From the NCBI RefSeq assembly GCF_009914755.1, contig NC_060933.1: DNA of 64,000 nt; one strand, written 5' to 3'. Source of the stretch: the human T2T-CHM13v2.0 reference genome, Homo sapiens. Below are positions 42,931-56,745 of this stretch, piece after piece. The position numbers and the translations under genes are program-made. The notes beneath the pieces are model-generated. The model made no database searches. It was not told where the DNA came from and worked only from the letters and a program-made list of their open reading frames with translations. Numbering within the stretch: the first letter of the stretch is position 1; every line of letters starts with the position of its first letter.

Positions 42931-45900
42931 GAGTTGATTCCATTCCATTCCATTCCATTCCATTCCATTCTATTCCATTCCATTGCAATCGAGTTGAATC
43001 CATTGCCTTTCATTCCATTCCATTCCATTCCATTCCATTCCGGAAGATTCCATTCCATTGCATTCCATTCCATTCCATTCCCCTGCACTCGCGTTAATTC
43101 CATTCCATTCCATTCCATTCCATTCCATTCCGTTCCGTTCCATTCCATTCCATTCCATTCCATTCCATTCCGTTCCGTTCCATTCCATTCCATTCCATTC
43201 CATTCCGTTCCGTTCCATTCCATTCCATTCCATTCTATTCGGGTTGATTCCATTCCATTCCATTCGACTGCCATCGAGTTGATTCCATTCCATTCCATTC
43301 CATTCCATTCCATTCCATTCCATTCCATTCCTTTCCATTCCATTACGGATGACTCCAATCCATTGCATTCCATTCCATTCCATTCCCCTGTACTCCGGTT
43401 GATTCCATTCCATTCCATTCCACTCCATTCGGTTCCGTTGCATTCCATTCTATTGCATTCCCTTCTATTCGGGTTAATTCCATTCCATTCTATTCCATTC
43501 CATTCCATTCCATTCCATTGCAATGGAGTTGATTCCATTCCATTCCATTCCATTCCGGATGATTCCATTCCATTGCATTCCATTCCATTCCATTCCCCTG
43601 CCCTCGTGTTGATTCCATTCCCTTCCATTCCATTCCATTCCGTTCCATTCCATTCCATTCCATTCTATTCCGGTTAATTCCATTTCATTCCATTCCATTC
43701 CATTCCATTCCATTGCAATCGAGTTGATTCCATTCCATTCCTTTACATTCCATTCCATTGCCTTGCATTCCACTCGGGTTGATTCCATTCCCTTCTTTCC
43801 ACTCCATTACATTCCCTTCCATTCCACTCGGAATGATTGATTCTATTCCATTCCATTGCATTCCATTCCATTGCAATCCATTCCAATCTATTCCATTCCA
43901 TTCCATTCCACTCGAGTTGACTTCATTCCATTCCTTTCCATTCCATTCCATTCCTTTCCACTCGAGTTGATTCCATTCCATTCCATTCCATTGCATTCCA
44001 TTCCATGCCATTCCAGTCGGGTTGATTCCATTCCTTTGCATTCCATTCCATTCCATTCCATTCCATTCCATTCCATTCCATTCCGTTGCATTCCATTCCA
44101 TTACATTCGGATTGATTCTATTCAACTCCCTTACTGTCCATTACATTCCATTCCATTCGGGTTGTTCCATTCCATTCCATTCCATTCCACTCCATTCCAT
44201 TGCTATCGGGTTGATTCCATTCCATTCCATTCCATTCCATTCCATTCCATTCCATTCCGGATGATTCCATTCCATTGCATTCCGTTCCATTACATTCCCC
44301 TGCACTCGCGTTGATTCCATTCCATTCCATTCCATTCTATTCAATTCCATTCCATTACAATTCGTTCCATTCTATTCTATTCCGTACCATTCCATTCCAT
44401 TCCATTCCATTCCATTCCATTCCATTCCGTTCCATTCCGTTCCATTCCATTCCATTCTGTTCGGGGTAATTCCATTCCATTCCATTCCATTCCATTCTAT
44501 TCCATTCCATTGCAATCGAGTTGAATCCATTGCATTTCATTCCATTCCATTCCATTCCATTCCGGAAGATTCCATTCCATTGCATTCCATTCCATTCCAT
44601 TCCCCTGCACTCGCGTTGCTTCCATTCCATTCCATTCCATTCCGTTCCATTCCATTCCATTCCGTTCCATTCCATTCCATTCCATTCCATTCCATTCCAT
44701 TCCATTCCGTTCCGTTCCATTCCTTTCCATTCCATTCTATTCGGGTTAATTCCATTCCATTCCATTCGATTGCAATCGTGTTGATTCCTTTCCATTCCAT
44801 TCCATTCCATTCCATTCCATTCCATTCCATTCCTTTCCATTCCATTACGGATGATTCCATTCCATTGCATTCCATTCCATTCCATTCCCCTGTACTCGAG
44901 TTGATTCCATTCCATTGCATTCCAATCCATGCCCTTCCACTCGTGTTGATTCCATTCTTTCCATTCCATTCAAGTTGAATCCATTCCATTGCATTCCATT
45001 CCATTCGATTCCATTCGATTGCACTCGGGTTGATTCCATTCCTTTGCATTCCATTCCATTCCATTCCATTCCATTCCATTCCGTTCCATTCCATTCCATT
45101 ACATTCGGATTGATTCTATTCAATTCCCTTACACTCCATTACATTCCATTCCATTCGGGTAGTTTCCATTCCATTCCATTCCATTCCTCTCCATTCCATT
45201 GCACTCGGGTTGATTCCATTCCATTGCATTCCATTCCATTCCATTCAATTCCATTCCGTTCCATTCCATTCCATTACATTCGGATTCACTCTATTCAACT
45301 CCCTTACTCTCCATTACATTCCATTCCATTCGGGTTGTTCCATTCCATTCCATTCCATTCCACTCCATTCCATTGCACTCGGGTTTATTCCATTCCATTC
45401 CATTCCATTCCATTCCATTCCATTCCATTCCGGAAGATTCCATTCCATTGCATTCCATTCCATTCCATTCCCCTACACTCGCGTTGATTCCATTCCATTC
45501 CATTCCATTCCATTCCATTCCTTTCCATTCCATTCCATTCCATTCCATTCCATTCCGTTCCGTTCCGTTCCATTCCATTCCATTCCATTCTATTCGGGTT
45601 AATTCCATTCCATTCCATTCGATTGCAATCGAGTTGATTCCATTCCATTCCATTCCATTCCATTCCATTCCTTTCCATTCCATTACGGATGATTCCATTC
45701 CATTGCAATCCATTCCATTCAATTCCCCTGTACTCGGGTTGATTCCATTCCATTCCATTCCAATCCATGCCATTCCACTCGTGTTGATTCCATTCTTTCC
45801 AATCCATTCAAGTTGAATCCATTCCATTGCATTCCATTCCATTCCATTCCCCTGCAGTCGGGTTGATTCCATTCCATTCCATTCCATTCCATTCCATTCC

Positions 45901-48900
45901 GTTCCGTTCCGTTCCGTTCCGTTCCATTCCATTCCATTCCATTCTATTCGGGTTAATTCCATTCCATTCCATTCCATTCCATTCCATTCCAATCGAGTTG
46001 ATTCCATTCCATTCCATTCCATTCCATTCCACTCCATTCCAGTCCTTTCCATTCCATTCCACTCGGGTTGATTCCAATGTATTCCTTTCCATTCCATTCC
46101 ATTCCATTGCAATCGAGTTGATTCCATTGCTTTGCCTTCCATTCCATTCCATTCCATTCCGGATGATTCCATTCCATTGCATTCCATTCCATTCCATTCC
46201 CCTGTACTCGGGTTGATTCCATTCCATTCCACTCCATTCCGTTCCATTCCATTCCATTCCATTGTATTCGGTTTAATTCCATTCCATTCCATTCCAATCC
46301 ATTCCATTCCATTCCATTCCAATCGAGTTGATTCCATTCCATTCCATTCCATTCCATTCCATTCCATTCTATTCCATTCCATTGCAATCGAGTTGAATCC
46401 ATTGCCTTTCATTCCATTCCATTCCATTCCATTCCATTCCGGAAGATTCCATTCCATTGCATTCCATTCCATTCCATTCCCCTGCACTCGCGTTAATTCC
46501 ATTCCATTCCATTCCATTCCATTCCGTTCCGTTCCATTCCATTCCATTCCATTCCATTCCGTTCCGTTCCATTCCATTCCATTCCATTCTATTCGGGTTG
46601 ATTCCATTCCATTCCATTCGACTGCCATCGAGTTGATTCCATTCCATTCCATTCCATTCCATTCCATTCCATTCCATTCCATTCCTTTCCATTCCATTAC
46701 GGATGAATCCATTCCATTGCATTCCATTCCATTCCATTCCCCTGTACTCGGGTTGATTCCATTCCATTCCATTCCACTCCATTCGGTTCCGTTGCATTCC
46801 ATTCTATTGCATTCCATTCTATTCGGGTTAATTCCATTCCATTCTATTCCATTCCATTCCATTCCATTCCATTGCAATGGAGTTGATTCCATTCCATTCC
46901 ATTCCATTCCGGATGATTCCATTCCATTGCATTCCATTCCATTCCCTTCCCCTGCACTCGTGTTGATCCCATTCGCTTCCATTCCATTCCATTCCGTTCC
47001 ATTCCATTCCATTCCATTCTATTCCGGTTAATTCCATTCCATTCCATTCCATTCCATTCCATTGCAATCGAGTTGATTCCATTCCATTCCTTTCCATTCC
47101 ATTCCATTGTCTTGCATTCCACTCGGGTTGCTTCCATTCCCTTCTTTCCACTCCATTACATTCCCTTCCATTCCACTCGGAATGATTGATTCCATTCCAT
47201 TCCATTCCATTCCATTCCATTCCATTACAATCGAGTTGATTCCATTCCATTCCATTCCATTCCAGTCCTTTCCATTCCATTCCACTCGGGTTGATTCCAT
47301 TCTATTAGTTTCCATTCCATTCCATTCCCTTCCATTCCACTCTGGTTGATTCCATTCCTTTCCATTCCACTCGAATACATTCCCTCCTATTCCACTCGGA
47401 ACGATTCCATTCCTTTCCATTCCATTCCATTCCATTCCATTCCATTCCATTCCATTTTGTTCCATTCCATTCTGTTCCGTATCATTCCATTCCATTCCAT
47501 TCCATTCCATTCCACTCGTGTTGATTCCATTCCTTTCCATTCCATTCGGTTTGAAGGCATTCCATTCCATTCCATTCCATTCCATTCCATTCCATTCCAT
47601 TCCATTGTACTCGGGTTGATTCCATTCCATTGCATTCCATTCCATTCCATTCCATTACATTCCTTTGCATTCCATTACATTCAGATTGATTCTATTCAAC
47701 TCCCTTACTCTCCATTACATTCCATTCCATTCGTGTTTTCCATTCCATTCCATTCCATTCCACTCCATTCCATTGCACTCGGGTTGATTCCATTCCATTC
47801 CATTTCATTCCATTCCATTCCGGATGATTCCATTCCATTGCATTCCGTTCCATTACATTCCCCTGCACTCGCGTTGATTCCATTCCATTCCATTCAATTC
47901 CATTCCATTACAATTCGTTCCATTCCATTCTATTCCGTACCATTCCATTCCATTCCATACCATTCCATTCCATTCCATTCCATTCCATTCCGTTCCATTC
48001 CGTTCCATTGCATTCCATTCCATTCTATTCGGGTTAATTCCATTCCATTCCATTCCATTCCATTCTGTTCCATTCCATTGCAATCGAGTTGAATCCATTG
48101 CATTTCATTCCATTCCATTCCATTCCATTCCATTCCATTCCGGAAGATTCCATTCCAATGCATTCCATTCCATTCCATTCCCCTGCACTCGCGTTGATTC
48201 CATTCCGTTCCATTCCATTCCATTCCGTTCCGTTCCGTTCCATTCCATTCCATTCCATTCCATTCCATTCCATTCCATTCCGGATGATTCCATTCCATTG
48301 CATTGATTCCATTCAATTCCCCTGCACTCTGGTTGATTCCATTCCATTCCACTCCATTCTGTTCCATTCCATTCCATTCCATTGTATTCGGGTTAATTCC
48401 ATTCCATTCCATTCCATTCCATTCCATTTCATTCCATTCCATTACAATCGAGTTGATTCCATTCCATTCCATTCCATTCCAGTCCTTTCCATTCCATTCC
48501 ACTCGTGTTGATTCCATTCTATTAGTTTCCATTCCATTCCATTCCCTTCCATTCCACTCTGGTTGATTCCATTCCTTTCCATTCCACTCGAATACATTCC
48601 CTCCTATTCCACTCGGAACGATTCCATTCCATTCCATTCCATTCCATTCCATTCCATTCCATTCCAGTTCGTTCCATTCCGTTCTATTCCGTACCATTCC
48701 ATTCAATTCCTTTCCTTTCCATTCCATTCCTTTCCACTCGTGTTGATTCCATTCCTTTCCATTCCATTCGGTTTGTAGGCATTCCTTTCCATTCAAATCC
48801 ATTCCATTCCATTCCATTCCATTCCATTCCATTCTATTCCATTCCTTTGCAATCGAGTTGAATCCATTGCCTTTCATTCCCTTCCATTCCATTCCATTAC

Positions 48901-51390
48901 GGAAGATTCCATTCCATTGCATTCCATTCAATTCCATTCCCCTGCACTTGCGTTGATTCCATTCCATTCCATTCCATTCCATTCCGTTCCGTTCCATTCC
49001 ATTCCATTCCATTCCATTCCGTTCCGTTCCATTCCATTCCATTCCATTCTATTCGGGTTAATTCCATTCCATTCCATTCGATTGCCATCGAGTTGATTCC
49101 ATTCCATTCCATTCCATTCCATTCCATTCCATTCCATTCCTTTCCATTCCATTACGGATGACTCCATTCCATTTCATTCCATTCCATTCCATTCCCCTGT
49201 ACTCGGGTTGATTCCATTCCATTCCATTCCACTGCATTCGGTTCCGTTGCATTCCATTCTATTGCATTCCATCTATTCGGGTTAATTCCATTCCATTCTA
49301 TTCCATTCCATTCCATTCCATTCCATTGCAATGGAGTTGATTCCATTCCATTCCATTCCATTCCGGATGATTCCATTCCATTGCATTCCATTCCATTCCA
49401 TTCCCCTGCACTCGTGTTGATTCCATTCCCTTCCATTCCATTGCATTCCGTTCCATTCCATTCCATTCCATTCTATTCCGGTTAATTCCATTCCATTCCA
49501 TTCCATTCCATTCCATTCCATTCCATTGCAATCGAGTTGATTCCATTCCATTCCTTTCCATTCCATTCCATTGTCTTGCATTCCACTCGGATTGATTCCA
49601 TTCCCTTCTTTCCACTCCATTACATTCCCTTCCATGATTGATTCCATTCCATTCCATTCCATTGCAATCCATTCCAATCCATTCCATTCCATTCCATTCC
49701 ACTCGAGTTGACTTCATTCCATTCCTTTCCATTCCATTCCATTCCTTTCCACTCGAGTTGATTCCATTCCATTCCAATCCATTGCATTCCATTCCATGCC
49801 ATTCCACTCGGGTTGATTCCATTCCTTTGCATTCCATTCCATTCCATTCCATTCCATTCCATTCTGTTGCATTCCATTCCATTACATTCGGATTGATTCT
49901 ATTCAACTCCCTTACTCTCCATTACATTCCATTCCATTCGGGTTGTTCCATTCCATTCCATTCCATTCCACTCCATTCCATTGCACTCGGATTGATTCCA
50001 TTCCATTCCATTCCATTCCATTCCATTCCATTCCATTCCATTCCGGATGATTCCATTCCATTGCATTCCGTTCCATTGCATTCCCCAGCACTCGGGTTGA
50101 TTCCATTCCATTCCATTCCATTCCATTCCTTTCAATTCCATTGCATTACAATTCGTTCCATTCCATTCTATTCCGTACCATTCCATTCCATTCCATACCA
50201 TTCCATTCCATTCCATTCCCTTCCCTTCCGTTCCATTCCGTTCCATTCCATTCCATTCTATTCGGGTTAATTCCATTCCATTCTATTCCATTCCATTCTA
50301 TTCCATTCCATTGCAATCGAGTTGAATCGACTGCATTTCATTCCATTCCATTCCATTCCATTCCATTCCGGAATATTCCATTCCATTGCATTCCATTCCA
50401 TTCCATTCCCCTGCACTCGCGTTGATTCCATTCCATTCCATTCCATTCCATTCCATTCCGTTCCGTTCCGTTCCGTTCCATTCCATTCCATTCCATTCCA
50501 TTCCATTCCGTTCCGTTCCATTCCACTCCATTCCATTCTATTTGGGTTAATTCCATTCCATTCCATTCGATTGCAATCGTGTTGATTCCATTCCATTCCA
50601 TTCCATTCCATTCCATTCCATTCCATTCCATTCCGTTCTTTTCCATTCCATTACGGATGATTCCATTCCATTGCATTCCATTCCATTCCATTCCCCTGTA
50701 CTCGGGTTGATTCCATTCCATTGCATTCCAATCCATGCCCTTCCACTCGTGTTGATTCCATTCTTTCCATTCCATTCAAGTTGAATCCAATCCATTGCAT
50801 TCCATTCCATTCGATTCCATTCGATTGCACTCGGGTTGATTCCATTCCATTGCATTCCATTCCTTTCCGTTCCATTCCATTCCATTCCATTCCATTCCAT
50901 TCCGTTCCATTCCATTCCATTACATTCGGATTGATTCTATTCAATTCCCTTACACTCCATTACATTCCATTCCATTCGGGTAGTTTCCATTCCATTCCAT
51001 TCCATTCCTCGCCATTCCATTGCAATCGGGTTGATTCCATTCCATTGCATACCATTCCATTCCATTCAATTCCATTGTGTTCCATTCCATTCCATTACAT
51101 TCGGATTGATTCTATTCAACTCCCTTACTCTCCATTACATTCTATTCCATTCGGGCTGTTCCATTCCATTCCATTCCATTCCACTCCATTCCATTGCACT
51201 CGGGTTTATTCCATTCCATTCCATTCCATTCCATTCCATTCCATTCCATTCCGGAAGATTCCATTCCATTGCATTCCATTCCATTCAATTCCCCTGCACT
51301 CGCGTTGATTCCATTCCATTCCATTCCATTTCATTCCATTCCATTCCTTTCCGTTCCATTCCATTCCATTCCATTCCATTCCATTCCATT

Positions 51391-51425
51391 CCGTTCCGTT
51401 CCGTTCCGTTCCGTTCCGTTCCGTT
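51391..51425 (+). repeat. (CCGTT)7 run of the CpG-containing variant pentamer
   Basis: Seven consecutive ccgtt units, the longest such run I noticed. Runs of about five occur near 1526, 45900 and 57301. Confidence 0.9.
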
Positions 51426-52139
51426 CCATTCCATTCCATTCCATTCTATTCGGGTTAATTCCATTCCATTCCATTCGATTGCAATCGAGTTGATTCCATT
51501 CCATTCCATTAGATTCCATTCCATTCCATTCCATTCCATTCCTTTCCATTCCATTACGGATGATTCCATTCCATTGCATTCCATTCCATTCCATTCCCCT
51601 GTACTCGGGTTCATTCCATTCCATTCCATTCCAATCCATGCCATTCCACTCGTGTTGATTCCATTCTTTCCATTCCATTGAAGTTGAATCCATTCCATTG
51701 CATTCCATTCCATTCCATTCCCCTGCAGTCGGGTTGATTCCATTCCATTCCATTCCATTCCATTCCATTCCATTGCATGCCGTTCCGTTCCGTTCCATTC
51801 CATTCCAATCCATTCCATTGCGTTCCGTTCCATTCCATTCCATTCCATTCCATTCCATTCCATTCCTTTCCATTCCGTTCCGTTCCGTTCCATTCCATTC
51901 CATTCCATTATATTCGGGTTAATTCCATTCCATTCCATTCCATTGCAATCGACTTGATTCCATTCCATTCCATTCCATTCCATTCCATTCCTTTCCCTTC
52001 CATTCCATTCCTTTCCATTCCATTACGGATGATTCCATTCCATTGCATTCCATTCCATTCCATTCCCCTCTACTCGGGTTGATTCCATTCCATTCCATTC
52101 CAATCCATGCCATTCCACTCGTGTTGATTCCATTCTTTC

Positions 52140-55100
52140 CATTCCATTCAAGTTGAATCCATTCCATTGCATTCCATTCCATTCCATTCCCCTGCAGTCG
52201 GGTTGATTCCATTCCATTCCATTCCATTCCATTCCATTCCGTTCCTTTCCGTTCCATTCCATTCCATTCCATTCCATTCTATTCGGGTTAATTCCATTCC
52301 ATTCCATTCCATTCCATTCCATTCCAATCGAGTTGATTCCATTCCATTCCATTCCATTCCATTCCACTCCATTCCAGTCCTTTCCATTCCATTCCACTCG
52401 GGTTGATTCCAATGTATTCCTTTCCATTCCATTCCATTCCATTGCAATCGAGTTGATTCCATTGCTTTGCATTCCATTCCATTCCGGATGATTCCATTCC
52501 ATTGCATTCCATTCCATTCCATTCCCCTGCACTCGGGTTGATTCCATTCCATTCCACTCCATTCCGTTCCATTCCATTCCATTCCATTGTATTCGGGTTA
52601 ATTCCATTCCATTCCATTCCATTCCATTCCATTCCATTCCATCACAATCGAGTTGGTTCCATTCCATTCCATTCCATTCCATTCCATTCTATTTCATTCC
52701 ATTCCGGATGATTCCATTCCATTACATTCCGTTCCATTACATTCCCCTGCACTCGGGTTGATTCCATTCCATTCCATTCCATTCCATTCGATTCCATTGC
52801 ATTCCAATTCTTTCCATTCCATTCTATTCCGTACCATTCCATTCCATTCCATACCATTCCATTCCATTCCATTCCATTCCGTTCCCTTCCGTTCCGTTCC
52901 GTTCCATTGCATTCCATTCCATTTTATTCGGGTTAATTCCATTCCATTCCATTCCATTCCATTCCATTCTATTCCATTCCATTGCAATCGAGTTGAATCC
53001 ATTGCATTCCATTCCATTCCATTCCGGAAGAATCCATTCCTTTCCATTCCATTCCATTCCATTCCATTCCATTCCGTTCCGTTCCATTCCATTCCATTCC
53101 ATTCCATTCCATTCCGTTCCGTTCCATTCCATTCCATTCCATTCTATTCGGGTTAATTCCATTCCATTCCATTCGATTGCAATCGTGTTAATTCCATTCC
53201 ATTCCATTCCATTCCAATCCATTCCATTCCATTCCTTTCCATTCCATTACGGATGATTCCATTCCATTGCATTCCATTCCATTCCATTCCCCTGTACTCG
53301 GGTTGTTTCCATTCCATTGCATTCCAATCCATGTCCTTCCACTCTTGTTGATTCCATTCTTTCCATTCCATTCAAGTTGAATCCATTCCATTGCATTCCA
53401 TTCAATTCGATTCCATTCGATTGCACTCGGGTTGATTCCATTCCATTGCATTCCATTCCATTCCATTCCATTCCATTCCATTCCATTCCGTTCCATTCCA
53501 TTCCATTACATTCGGATTGATTCTATTCAATTCCCTTACACTCCATTACATTCCATTCCATTCGGGTAGTTTCCATTCCATTCCATTCCATTCCTCTCCA
53601 TTCCATTGCACTCAGGTTGATTCCATTCCATTGCATTCCATTCCATTCCATTCAATTCCATTCCGTTCCATTCCATTCCATTCCATTCGGATTGATTCTA
53701 TTCAACTCCCTTCCTCTCCATTACATTCCATTCCATTCGGGTTGTTCCATACCATTCCATTCCATTCCACTCCATTCCATTGCACTCGGGTTTATTCCAT
53801 TCCATTCCATTCCATTCCATTCCATTCCATTCCATTCCGGAATATTCCATTCCATTGCATTCCATTCCATTCCATTCCCCTGCACTCGCGTTCATTCCAT
53901 TCCATTCCATTCCATTCCATTCCATTCCATTCCATTCCTTTCCGTTCCATTCCATTCCATTCCATTCCATTCCATTCCATGCCATTACATTCGGATTGAT
54001 TCTATTCAACTCCCTTACTCTCCATTACATTCGATTCCATTTGGGTTGTTCCATTCCATTCCATTCCATTCCACTCCATTCCATTGCACTCGGGTTGATT
54101 CCATTCCATTCCATTCCATTCCATTCCGGAAGATTCCATTCCATTGCATTCCACTACATTCCATTCCCCTGCACTCGCGTTGATTCCAATCCATTCCATT
54201 CCATTCCATTCCATTCCATTCCGTTCCGTTCCATTCCATTCCATTCCATTCCATTCCATTCCGTTCCGTTCCATTCCATTCCATTCCATTCTATTCGGGT
54301 TAATTCCATTCCATTCCATTCTATTGCAATCCTGTTGATTCCATTCCATTCCATTCCATTCCATTCCATTCCTTTCCATTCCATTACGGATGGTTCCATT
54401 CCATTGCATTCCATTCCATTCCATTCCCCTGTACTCGGGTTGATTCCATTCCATTGCATTCCAATCCATGCCATTCCACTCGTGTTGATTCCATTCTTTC
54501 CATTCCATTCAAGTTGAATCCATTCCATTGCATTCCATTCCATTCGATTCCATTCGATTGCACTCGGGTTGATTCCATTCCATTGCATTCCATTCCATTC
54601 CATTGCATTCCATTCCATTCCATTCCGTTCCATTCCATTCCAGTACATTCGGATTGATTCTATTCAATTCCATTACACTCCATTACATTCCATTCCATTC
54701 GGGTAGTTTCCATTCCATTCCATTCCATTCCTCTCCATTCCATTGCACTCGGGTTGATTCCATTCCATTGCATTCCATTCCATTCCATTCAATTCCATTC
54801 CTTTCCATTCCATTCCATTACATTCGGATTGATTCTATTCAACTCCCTTACTCTCCATTACATTCCATTCCATTCGGGTTGTTCCATTCCATTCCATTCC
54901 ATTCCTCTCCATTCCATTGCACTCGGGTTTATTCCATTCCATTCCATTCCATTCCATTCCATTCCATTCCATTCCAGAAGATTCCATTCCATTGCATTCC
55001 ATTCCATTCCATTCCCCTGCACTCGCGTTCATTCCATTCCATTCCATTCCATTCCATTCCATTCCATTCCTTTCCGTTCCATTCCATTCCGTTCCATTCC

Positions 55101-56745
55101 ATGCCATTCCCTTCCGTTCCGCTCCGTTCCATTCCATTCCATTCCATTCCATTCTATTCAGGTTAATTCCATTCCATTCCATTCGATTGCAATCGATTTG
55201 ATTCCATTCCATTCTATTCCATTCCATTCCATTCCTTTCCATTCCATTACGGATGATTCCATTCCATTGCATTCCATTCCATTCCATTCCCCTGTACTCG
55301 GGTTCATTCCATTCCATTCCATTCCAATCCATGCCATTCCACTCGTGTTGATTCCATTCTTTCCATTCCATTCAAGTTGAATCCATTCCATTGCATTCCA
55401 TTCCATTCCATTCCCCTGCAGTCGGGTTGATTCCATTCCATTCTATTCCATTCCATTCCATTCCATTCCGTTCCGTTCCGTTCCATTCCATTCCATTCCA
55501 TTCCATTCTATTCGGGTTAATTCCATTCCATTCCATTCCATTCCATTCCATTCCAATCGAGTTGATTCCATTCCATTCCATTCCATTCCATTCCACTCCA
55601 TTTCAGTCCTTTCCATTCCATTCCACTCGGGTTGATTCCAATGTATTCCTTTCCATTCCATTCCATTCCATTGCAATCGAGTTGATTCCATTGCTTTGCA
55701 TTCCATTCCATTCCGGATGATTCCATTCCATTGCTTTCCATTCCATTCCATTCCCCTGCACTCGGGTTGATTCCATTCCATTCCACTCCATTCCGTTCCA
55801 TTCCATTCCATTCCATTGTATTCGGGTTAATTCCATTCCATTCCATTCCATTCCATTCCATCACAATCGAGTTTGTTCCATTCCATTCCATTCCATTCCA
55901 TTCCATTCTATTCCATTCCATTCCGGATGATTCCATTCCATTCCATTCCGTTCCATTACATTCCCCTGCACTCGGGTTGATTCCATTCCTTTATATTCCA
56001 TTCCATTGGATTCCATTCCATTCCAATTCTTTCCATTCCATTCTATTCCGTACCATTCCATTCCATTCCATACCATTCCATTCCATTCCATTCCATTGCA
56101 TTCCAATCCGTTCCGTTCCGTTCCGTTCCGTTCCATTCCATTCCATTCCATTTTATTCGGGTTAATTCCATTCCATTCCATTCCATTCCATTCTATTCTA
56201 TTCCATTGCAATCGAGTTGAATCCATTGCATTCCATTCTATTCCATTCCGGAAGAATCCATTCCTTTCCATTCCATTCCATTCCATTCCATTCCATTCCG
56301 TTCCGTTCCATTCCATTCCATTCCATTCCATTCCATTCCGTTCCGTTCCATTCCGTTCCATTCCATTCTATTCGGGTTAATTCCATTCCATTCCATTCGA
56401 TTGCAATCGTGTTGATTCCATTCCATTCCATTCCATTCCATTCCATTCCATTCCATTCCTTTCCATTCCATTACGGATGATTCCATTCCATTGCATTCCA
56501 TTCCATTCCATTCCCCTGTACTCGGGTTGTTTCCATTCCATTGCATTCCAATCCATGTCCTTCCACTCGTGTTGATTCCATTCTTTCCATTACATTCAAG
56601 TTGAATCCATTCCATTGCATTCCATTCAATTCGATTCCATTCGATTGCACTCGGGTTGATTCCATTCCATTGCATTCCATTCCATTCCATTCCATTCCAT
56701 TCCATTCCGTTCCATTCCATTCCATTACATTCGGATTGATTCTAT
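52140..56745 (+). repeat. Duplicated block of about 1.4 kb at offset of about 3.22 kb (about 52140-53530 and 55370-56745)
   Basis: Private variants are atcacaatcgag (52641/55860), ccggaagaatcc (about 53025/56250), gtactcgggttgtttcc...atgtccttcc and ccattcaattcgattcc. Confidence 0.8.

Noticed and set aside
45291-47012. Longest ORF (573 aa, minus strand) and all other MEWNG- or FHSIP-repeat ORFs
   Set aside because: (GGAAT)n and (CATTC)n contain no stop codon in any frame and translate to a 5-residue cycle. ORFs overlap in all six frames with no domain-like content, and many plus-strand starts are TTG/GTG. They are artefacts of the repeat.
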